This document shows positions 57,825 to 64,000 of a stretch of 64,000 nt of DNA, one piece after another; positions within the stretch are counted from its first letter, which is position 1, and each line of letters opens with the position of its first letter. The notes beneath the pieces are model-generated. The model did no database searches and was not told the origin of the DNA. It saw only the letters and a list, made by a program, of their open reading frames with translations. This DNA comes from a virus. The translations under genes were made by a program, and so were the position numbers. The stretch spans positions 21,487 to 85,486 of IMG/VR virus record IMGVR_UViG_3300031963_000063. The stretch is one strand, 5' to 3'.

Positions 57825-58865
57825 TTAATTAATTTGAGAGTTAATCCAATTGTAAGTCTTGCTAATTCCTTCTTCAAGAGATTGAGAATAATCCCAACCA
57901 AGTTTTTCACGAATCAAATCATTATTTGAGTTACGACCACGGACTCCAAGTGGACCAGGAACATGATTCTTTTCAACTTTCTTGCCAGCAACTTTAGCAG
58001 CAATATCCACAAGTTGATTGATAGTTACCATCTCTTCTGATCCAATATTCACAGGACCAGTGAAGTTGGAATCCATCAATCGACGAGTTGCTTCAATACA
58101 CTCATCAATATAAAGGAATGAACGTGTTTGCTTTCCATCACCCCACACCTCAACAATTCCACCCTCTGAGGGAAGTTCTGCCACCTTACGGCACATTGCA
58201 GCAGGTGATTTTTCTTTACCACCTTTCCAAGTTCCTTCTGGACCAAAAATATTATGATAACGAGCAATTCTAACTGGAATACCATAATTGCGATAGTAAG
58301 CAAAATATAGTCGTTCAGAGAAAAGTTTTTCCCAACCATATTCACTATCAGGTCCTGCAGGATAGGCATCATTTTCTTTCAATCCAGGATTTTCTGGATC
58401 CATTTGAATGTGCTCTGGATACATACAAGCAGATGAAGAGTAGAAAATTTTGGTTATATTTTTGCCACACTTATCATTTATATTTTTCACTGAACGAAGA
58501 ACATTCAAGTTGATTGATGCGGAGTTGTTCATAACATCTGCATCATGATCTCCAGTAAAGATATACCCAGCACCTCCCATATCAGCCGCAAACTGATAGA
58601 TCTCATCAAAGACACCGATATATTTAAAAGGTATAGATTTAAAATAGTTGTTTCCATATCCTTTAAATTCAACAATCTTATCTACAAAGGTTTGATCTGT
58701 TAAATCACCACAAATAAATTCATCTGCTTCTGTGACGGAATACTCTGGGTTTTTAAGATCTACACCACGAACCCAATATCCTTCGGAACGTAATCTGCGG
58801 ACCATATGACTACCAATAAAACCACCAGCACCAAGTACAAGTGCTCTTTTTGTATATTGACTCAT
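57825..58865 (-). CDS. NAD-dependent nucleotide-sugar epimerase (WcaG family, GDP-mannose 3,5-epimerase-like)
   Basis: GAGGFIG, AADMGGAG, SSACMY, YGWEK, REK-like KEKSPAA. Confidence 0.9.
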   Translation of the reverse strand: MSQYTKRALVLGAGGFIGSHMVRRLRSEGYWVRGVDLKNPEYSVTEADEFICGDLTDQTFVDKIVEFKGYGNNYFKSIPFKYIGVFDEIYQFAADMGGAGYIFTGDHDADVMNNSASINLNVLRSVKNINDKCGKNITKIFYSSSACMYPEHIQMDPENPGLKENDAYPAGPDSEYGWEKLFSERLYFAYYRNYGIPVRIARYHNIFGPEGTWKGGKEKSPAAMCRKVAELPSEGGIVEVWGDGKQTRSFLYIDECIEATRRLMDSNFTGPVNIGSEEMVTINQLVDIAAKVAGKKVEKNHVPGPLGVRGRNSNNDLIREKLGWDYSQSLEEGISKTYNWINSQIN

Positions 58866-58897
58866 AAAATCATAAACTCTATATTATGTATTATACT

Positions 58898-58926
58898 AAA
58901 AAAGGTGGGTTTATGCAACCCACCTT
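58898..58926 (-). terminator. Terminator hairpin at 3' end of the wcaG-like RNA
   Basis: AAGGTGGGT/ACCCACCTT stem plus T run. Confidence 0.7.
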
Positions 58927-58928
58927 CA

Positions 58929-59075
58929 CATGCTCAGGCTCGCCACTTGCCCTTTGACTGGAGGCAAGAAACCAGGCGGGAGAGAGTCCCATCCGCACCA
59001 ACTGCCCTTGAGAGAGGCAGTAAACTCAAATAGGGTCATATTTGACTCCACCACTTGGTTTTAAGAAACCAAGAA
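58929..59075 (-). ncRNA. wcaG/manA-type structured RNA (3' modules)
   Basis: Repeated hairpin/pseudoknot units followed by TGGTGG, TGGTGC, TGGCGA; upstream of a WcaG-family epimerase in a cyanophage. Confidence 0.65.
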
Positions 59076-59288
59076 AAGTTGGGTTAACTTTGATATCTCG
59101 GTAATACCAAAGAATGCTATTAGAAATAGCACGTCCCAAAGTTTGAGTTTGATAGCAAAAGGAATGCCGAATAGTCCTCCAACAAACTTTATTATCAAAC
59201 CACTTTTAAAATCTCCCCACAACATAACTTGATAACCAAGTAAAAGGAGGAAGTTCCCAAGATACCTCAGGACACTTGTTTTAGACAT
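59061..59288 (-). CDS. 75-aa multi-pass membrane protein
   Basis: ORF track; about three hydrophobic segments. Confidence 0.65.
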   Translation of the reverse strand: MSKTSVLRYLGNFLLLLGYQVMLWGDFKSGLIIKFVGGLFGIPFAIKLKLWDVLFLIAFFGITEISKLTQLFLVS

Positions 59289-59314
59289 AAGGGGTTTGCT
59301 CCCGACCAGGGTTT

Positions 59315-59584
59315 TTAAAGACTCTCCATGTCTTCAAAATCATCATCTTTTACATAACAAGGAACTCGATCTGGATCTAACCAACAAGTATAATCAAAGT
59401 CTTCCATAGCAGTCATTAATTGCATCTCATTATCACAGAGATACATATCACGATACCTACCAGTATAGGAATCTACTTTTTGAATACGACAATCGGGTTT
59501 GCCGTTGATTTCTAAAGTACCAACCTGAACATAACGATAGGGAAAACGTTCCATAAGAACGGTTGGTTTTCTTACAACTTTCAT
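59315..59584 (-). CDS. Conserved cyanophage hypothetical protein
   Basis: ERFPYRYVQVG...DCRIQK...YLCDNEMQ. Confidence 0.7.
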   Translation of the reverse strand: MKVVRKPTVLMERFPYRYVQVGTLEINGKPDCRIQKVDSYTGRYRDMYLCDNEMQLMTAMEDFDYTCWLDPDRVPCYVKDDDFEDMESL

Positions 59585-59796
59585 CATACTTCGACTGCTT
59601 CAAGATCACTGGCGACATACTCCATAAGCATTTCGTAGTCGTCAAGGGGGTCACCAGAAAATACTACTCCTTCGTTTTCGTAGAAACGACGGACCTTTTT
59701 ATAAAGTTTCGGATTCTTTACATCAAGGTAGATTTCCCCGTTAGCAGCAGATTGAAGAGTGCTAACATCTTTTTTGAACTTTTGAATCAGAGACAT
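59584..59796 (-). CDS. Conserved cyanobacterial/cyanophage hypothetical protein
   Basis: KNPKLYKKVRRFYENEGV; start at MSLIQ downstream of promoter. Confidence 0.7.
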   Translation of the reverse strand: MSLIQKFKKDVSTLQSAANGEIYLDVKNPKLYKKVRRFYENEGVVFSGDPLDDYEMLMEYVASDLEAVEV

Positions 59797-59818
59797 TGTT
59801 TTGAGTGTTGACCTATGT

Positions 59819-59847
59819 ATTATAAGGTGTTGAGACTTTTGTGTCAA
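59819..59847 (-). promoter_or_regulatory. Consensus sigma70 promoter
   Basis: TTGACA-N17-TATAAT. Confidence 0.8.
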
Positions 59848-59871
59848 GTGTGCCAGTGAAGTAACTGGCAA

Positions 59872-59945
59872 TCGGAATGATAGGATTCGAACCTACGGCA
59901 TCCGCCTCCCAAAGACGGCGCTCTACCAAACTGAGCTACATTCCG
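59872..59945 (-). tRNA. tRNA-Pro (TGG)
   Basis: Cloverleaf CGGAATG/CATTCCG, anticodon loop TT-TGG-GA, GGTTCGAATCC T-arm; CCA not encoded. Confidence 0.95.
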
Positions 59946-59958
59946 TTGGTGTACGAAT

Positions 59959-59987
59959 ATTATACTACTTCTTGTGTCCCCTGTCAA
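59959..59987 (-). promoter_or_regulatory. Consensus sigma70 promoter for tRNA-Pro
   Basis: TTGACA-N17-TATAAT. Confidence 0.8.
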
Positions 59988-60117
59988 ATGGTGCCCAGTG
60001 TTGCCAGTTGTATTTATGAATTGCCCAGATACCCATAATAGGTACTACAATCAAAGCATAACTCATAATACCAAGAGTAACAGGATTTTCTAATACCCAT
60101 CTAGAAAAATGCCCCAT
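59965..60117 (-). CDS. 50-aa membrane peptide (MGHFSRWVLENP...)
   Basis: Translated by hand; TGATG coupling. Confidence 0.55.
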   Translation of the reverse strand: MGHFSRWVLENPVTLGIMSYALIVVPIMGIWAIHKYNWQHWAPFDRGHKK

Positions 60118-60314
60118 CAGTATCCTCTCCAAGTTTTAAACTCATAGTAAAAATATTGATCAAGAATTGTATTATCCAATGGTGCATTTTCTTTTCGATA
60201 TGCCCATTCGACACAGAAGTCTACAATTTTGTGATCGTGTAATGAACTATGTCCCCACATTCTTACAAATGCAGAGGCAGCAAAATGATACCTCTGTTTA
60301 GTGTGCGGTTCCAT
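60117..60314 (-). CDS. Hypothetical protein (start uncertain)
   Basis: 3' part of ORF-track 60117..60413. Confidence 0.5.
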   Translation of the reverse strand: MEPHTKQRYHFAASAFVRMWGHSSLHDHKIVDFCVEWAYRKENAPLDNTILDQYFYYEFKTWRGY

Positions 60315-60417
60315 TTCCCTTATAATCTTTGGAGTCATAATATCCTTCTTTTGTCCCGAAGTAAAGTGTTGATAAAACGAAAGGGATTGCGACGAAAGAT
60401 AATGCGATACCAAGCAT
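60298..60417 (-). CDS. 39-aa membrane peptide (MLGIALSFVAIPF...GYYDSKDYKGNGTAH)
   Basis: Translated by hand. Confidence 0.55.
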   Translation of the reverse strand: MLGIALSFVAIPFVLSTLYFGTKEGYYDSKDYKGNGTAH

Positions 60418-60480
60418 AATAGTTTTTCTCGAATGTTTGTTCTGATAATGCTATGAGAGCAATGAGTCTTTGAGTATCAT

Positions 60481-60981
60481 TCATACCATCTCCATTGCTC
60501 TTGTAAGTTCAATATAATGATTCATTTCATCCACTGCGATCTCTCCGATCTTTGTATCCTCTGGATGATCCCAGAAGTAGTCTAGATAGGTCTCTGTAGC
60601 ATGAAACTCAATGCCAGCATTCAGGTGATAAGCAGAAACGGGAGCATTAAAATAATAACCCACCAGAATCCAATAATAGATGAGAACCAAATGATAAGCG
60701 AAAAAGCGATCAACCCAGCGATCTGCTCCACCACGATACTCCATTTCGATGAGGTGTTCGGTTTCATTGATTGTTTGTGCGAAGTGCTCTTTCATCAAAT
60801 AATAGTGTGATAAATCTCGGAGACCTAATGACTCTTTGAGATGTAACACACTGACGAAAGCAAAGTATGGTGCTCTAGCGATTGTTTCTAGAACCCAAAA
60901 TCTTTCAATAGGTAAGTCACGGTATAAAAAGTCAATGATTGCTACCGTGACTGATAGAAATAAATCATTGAGTTTTTTCAT
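60481..60981 (-). CDS. ptox: Plastoquinol terminal oxidase (alternative oxidase family)
   Basis: RFWVLETIARAPYF, NETEH, EFHA.ETY, DEMNH di-iron ligands. Confidence 0.9.
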   Translation of the reverse strand: MKKLNDLFLSVTVAIIDFLYRDLPIERFWVLETIARAPYFAFVSVLHLKESLGLRDLSHYYLMKEHFAQTINETEHLIEMEYRGGADRWVDRFFAYHLVLIYYWILVGYYFNAPVSAYHLNAGIEFHATETYLDYFWDHPEDTKIGEIAVDEMNHYIELTRAMEMV

Positions 60982-61145
60982 GCAAATACTCCTGGAACGT
61001 AGTCTATTCTTTCACGAATCTCATCCAGAATAACTCCATACTCTCTAAACCTTCTGTCTCCTGCGATGAAACGTCTCTGTCTCATCCAAATAGCATCTGC
61101 TAAAAGTTGCAGTTCATAGTCTGAAAAATCTTTAAATCGTTCCAT
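60978..61145 (-). CDS. Small hypothetical protein (55 aa, MERFKDFSDYELQLLADAIW...)
   Basis: Translated by hand; AGGAG RBS; ATGA overlap with ptox. Confidence 0.6.
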   Translation of the reverse strand: MERFKDFSDYELQLLADAIWMRQRRFIAGDRRFREYGVILDEIRERIDYVPGVFA

Positions 61146-61153
61146 ATAATCTC

Positions 61154-61396
61154 CTATGTTGGTAATACTGGTGTCGAACCTGCTGATGATACTAGTGGTG
61201 ACTTCAGTATTTCGTATTTTAAATAAACAACAGTATCAACCATCCACCAAAATGCAATAGTACATAAAAAGATAGTTAAAACTGTCGTAGCAATACTAAA
61301 AGCAATGTGTGTTTTATCTTTTTTGATATGAGTAATTACAGCAATTGCCATAATTAAAACAAGAATCTCATATGTAATAAAGTTGTAATAAGTCAT
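61154..61396 (-). CDS. Small membrane protein
   Basis: ORF track; two hydrophobic segments. Confidence 0.55.
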   Translation of the reverse strand: MTYYNFITYEILVLIMAIAVITHIKKDKTHIAFSIATTVLTIFLCTIAFWWMVDTVVYLKYEILKSPLVSSAGSTPVLPT

Positions 61397-61858
61397 TGTG
61401 GATATGCGTTATTAAGTCCCCATACAATGAAGCATATAATCGCACCAAAAACAGTTAGTGTGCTAAAAACTAAATTACTGTTCATTAAAAATCTCCTCCA
61501 TCTTTACGTCCGTACATATAACCTATGACAATTCCAGATAAAAATACAACAAAAATTAAAAGTTGCTTAGTTAGAAAATCAATAAGTTCCTGCCACTCCA
61601 TAATCATCGTCTTCGTAAGTAGATGGTTCTTCGAAGAGTTCATCCATTTTTTGTTGTAGAACTCTTTCCTGTAGTTCGTGCAAATCTTCTTCCGTTAAAA
61701 CTATCATTTGTCCTTTAATAGTTCCTCTACTCTTTTACGCATATTGGTGCTATCTTGTTTGAGATAATCTCTCAAAGAATATCCACAATGACCACGCATA
61801 ATACAAGTGCCTTGATAAAACATCGTGGCAGCAAAAACCAATAGAAAAGCAATACCTA

Positions 61859-62065
61859 TTATTTCAGGGTAATGTTGAGCCATGGTAGTACTGGTGGAAT
61901 AACACCTATCAACCTTAGAAGTCCTTCAGCAAATAAAGCAAGAACCACCCAACCAACACACATAGAAATAATGGAAGCATTCCGATTGTGCTGTCGTATA
62001 GCAGCATCGATCATCTCCTTTACTTCCGTGCGGGTTAAATAATCGTCGTCAAAAGGCTCCATCAT
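61859..62065 (-). CDS. Small membrane protein conserved in cyanophages
   Basis: EMIDAAIRQHNRNASIISM motif plus TM. Confidence 0.65.
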   Translation of the reverse strand: MMEPFDDDYLTRTEVKEMIDAAIRQHNRNASIISMCVGWVVLALFAEGLLRLIGVIPPVLPWLNITLK

Positions 62066-62211
62066 TTCTCATCTCCAAGAAACTTTGCAAGAGGATCTCT
62101 CCTGTGTTTTACTATTTCAACTGCTCTCTTGTAGAACATATTGTCTGTGTTCCCAGAGGCTTCAAATGTTGCCTTGATCTTCACCCAATTATCGTAGGTG
62201 TGCTGATCCAT
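62062..62211 (-). CDS. Small hypothetical protein (49 aa, MDQHTYDNWVKIKATFEASGNTDNMFYKRA...)
   Basis: Translated by hand. Confidence 0.6.
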   Translation of the reverse strand: MDQHTYDNWVKIKATFEASGNTDNMFYKRAVEIVKHRRDPLAKFLGDEK

Positions 62212-62324
62212 AGGGTTAAAGTTGATTACTACTAGTTATGCTAGTGAGTACTTTTACTTTGTCAACTATGTGTTGGTTTCAAGAAAGTGATTAAGACAAT
62301 CTTAAATTTTGTCATATTTGTAAA

Positions 62325-62411
62325 CGGAAGGTGGGAGAGTCGAACTCCCAAGGGCTTTAACACCTCAACTGTTTTCAAGACAGGTACCGTCGCCAATCGG
62401 TTTGACCTTCC
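62325..62411 (-). tRNA. tRNA-Ser (TGA)
   Basis: GGAAGGT/ACCTTCC acceptor, CT-TGA-AA loop, long variable arm. Confidence 0.92.
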
Positions 62412-62420
62412 AAAAAGTCC

Positions 62421-62678
62421 TCAACGGACTTCAAAATCTAAACGTTTTACTTTACGTTGTCTTCTTGCCTCTTGCCAGGCAATATCTTCAGTAGTAAGGA
62501 CACCAGACTTTGCTTTATTGTAATAGGAGTTTAACATAACAACAGATGATAAGTCAACTGCCGAAATCTTATCACCACGAATAGTTGCCATATTGGGGCA
62601 GCCGCACGTCACAGTTTTATTCTGATGCCCCTCTAATTCCTTGCCACAGGAACGGCATCTGATTCTTAAGTTTTCCAT
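62421..62678 (-). CDS. Small Zn-ribbon protein
   Basis: CRSC...CGCPN. Confidence 0.65.
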   Translation of the reverse strand: MENLRIRCRSCGKELEGHQNKTVTCGCPNMATIRGDKISAVDLSSVVMLNSYYNKAKSGVLTTEDIAWQEARRQRKVKRLDFEVR

Positions 62679-62687
62679 TGTATTAAA

Positions 62688-63122
62688 TTACTCAGTAAAT
62701 GACCTTAACATCCAAATAAACTTTCCGTGTGCTTCATTTAAATCATCAAGAAGGTTAACTGTTCCTCTTGATCTTTGATTTTCTGCTTCTATTGAGGCAG
62801 AATCAAGTATAGTAACAATTTTTTTATGATCATCAAGCAAATCACGAATCATTTCCATTGAAGAAATATTTGTTTTTGCTTCAGAAACTTGAGAAACCTC
62901 TAGCACTCTTGAAAAAGAACTAATTGGTTTAACACCTAAAAATCTCATATGTTCTGATATACGATCAATCTCTTCTTGAACAGCAAGATACTGTTCACCA
63001 AACAAATCATGAATCTGTTTAAAGTCTTCACCAACAACATGCCAGTGATAAACCCACGTTTTCTGAAATAGTAAAAAGAGCGATGCTTGCGTATCACTCA
63101 GAAGTTTATATAAGGATTCCAT
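62688..63122 (-). CDS. dps: Dps / ferritin-like DNA protection protein
   Basis: YHWHVVG..F..IHDLFGEQY....EEIDRISEH, HGKFIWML; late promoter TATAAATA at 63141-63148. Confidence 0.9.
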   Translation of the reverse strand: MESLYKLLSDTQASLFLLFQKTWVYHWHVVGEDFKQIHDLFGEQYLAVQEEIDRISEHMRFLGVKPISSFSRVLEVSQVSEAKTNISSMEMIRDLLDDHKKIVTILDSASIEAENQRSRGTVNLLDDLNEAHGKFIWMLRSFTE

Positions 63123-63150
63123 TATACTTCTTTTTGAAAGTATTTATAAG

Positions 63151-63222
63151 TGGGTGATGACGGGATTGAACCGCCGACCGCCTCGGTGTAAACGAGATGC
63201 TCTACCGCTGAGCTAATCACCC
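63151..63222 (-). tRNA. tRNA-Val (TAC)
   Basis: GGGTGAT/ATCACCC acceptor, TT-TAC-AC loop, GGTTCAATCC. Confidence 0.92.
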
Positions 63223-63229
63223 AATAAAG

Positions 63230-63394
63230 TTAGAATCTTCCCATCATATATTCTACAGTGTTTGCTACATCATTCATAGCATCCCGTAGGTTTTCCCGTT
63301 GACCTGACTCTTGCCTGACTACAGGACGATGGTCATCTGTAAGAGTCCAACGCCACTGCTTCATATCAGCACAATACCACAAATTAATTTTCAT
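63230..63394 (-). CDS. Small hypothetical protein (54 aa, MKINLWYCADMKQWRWTL...)
   Basis: Translated by hand. Confidence 0.6.
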   Translation of the reverse strand: MKINLWYCADMKQWRWTLTDDHRPVVRQESGQRENLRDAMNDVANTVEYMMGRF

Positions 63395-63542
63395 TCTTGA
63401 AATATTCTAGTTCAATCCACCGAAGAAGAGTGTTATAAGCATAGATTGATGCATCTGTGCAGTTGTCTTCTTTTAATCTATGGATATAAAATTCAAGTGC
63501 CTCAATGACCATTTGACGGTCTTGTTGGGAAATAAGAGACAT
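63384..63542 (-). CDS. Small hypothetical protein (52 aa, MSLISQQDRQMVIEALEFY...)
   Basis: Translated by hand; AGGAGG RBS. Confidence 0.6.
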   Translation of the reverse strand: MSLISQQDRQMVIEALEFYIHRLKEDNCTDASIYAYNTLLRWIELEYFKNEN

Positions 63543-63800
63543 AAACCTCCTAACTTGTTATCTATAATACACTAAAAAGGGGGGTCTTGTCAACCCCCCC
63601 CTCTATGTATTAATCTTTTCTTTGTGGTTTATTACAAATATTACAATAATATGAAAAACCAGTTTTAAAGTGCTTTATGACTTGGAAGTGGTCTTTGTCC
63701 AAAGGTTTCTTTTCACCACATTTGGAGCATTCCCGATATTGGATATCCATAAAGTTAAGAATAGGTTAATAAAAATCCCCCTTGCGGGGGATAGGTATTA

Positions 63801-64000
63801 TCAGAATGTAAACTTGGTCTGGATTACGCCACCCCAGTTATCAGAGGCATTCTTGAGTCCCTGATTGTTGGTAACATAAAGCAGAGCAGGAGTCACGCTG
63901 ATGTTATCGCTAACTTTGTAACGATAGAAGATCTCAAGCATCTGAGCCTTCTCAGAGAGACCCTCAGCATTACCAGGTTGACCGAAAGCAACACCAGCGG
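63801..64000 (-). CDS. Cyanobacterial outer-membrane porin (Som/OprB-like), C-terminal part
   Basis: AGVAFGQP...EIFYRYKVSDNISVTPA...GGVIQTKFTF with terminal Phe. Confidence 0.85.
   Translation of the reverse strand, partial: AGVAFGQPGNAEGLSEKAQMLEIFYRYKVSDNISVTPALLYVTNNQGLKNASDNWGGVIQTKFTF

Noticed and set aside
63620-63780. Possible plus-strand micro-ORF (MTWKWSLSKG...) and TTACAA repeats
   Set aside because: No clear promoter or RBS and the repeat spacing does not match HLR1; support is insufficient

Overview
A 64-kb segment of a T4-like cyanobacterial myovirus (cyanomyophage, Kyanoviridae-like; low GC). Essentially all genes are on the minus strand, and most plus-strand ORFs in the track are antisense shadows. 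In transcription order (right to left) the window holds: (1) a porin C-terminus, tRNA-Val, dps, tRNA-Ser, a run of small membrane ORFs, PTOX and tRNA-Pro; (2) a manA/wcaG-type structured RNA ahead of a sugar-modification island (epimerase, methyltransferases, glycosyltransferases, HldE-type kinase and nucleotidyltransferase); (3) a photosynthesis block (hli x2, petF, peroxiredoxin, psbA, HNH homing endonuclease, psbD); (4) about 31 kb of repeat-rich tail fibre/virion genes; (5) a second glycosyltransferase cassette, an orphan sRNA and glutaredoxin; (6) a nitrogen-sensing locus; (7) T4 core genes thyX, phoH, exonuclease, gp33, a GIY-YIG endonuclease, gp59 and the start of gp32. The most striking observation is at about 4.6-5.5 kb. 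An NtcA box precedes two tandem glnA-type glutamine riboswitch aptamers, each with a complete protein-coding ORF inside its P2 loop, and the two ORFs appear paralogous. They lie upstream of a YRG-motif (DUF4278-like) small-protein operon. A second ORF-inside-structured-RNA arrangement appears in the manA/wcaG-type element at about 59 kb. All family calls come from motif recognition by eye; no searches were run.
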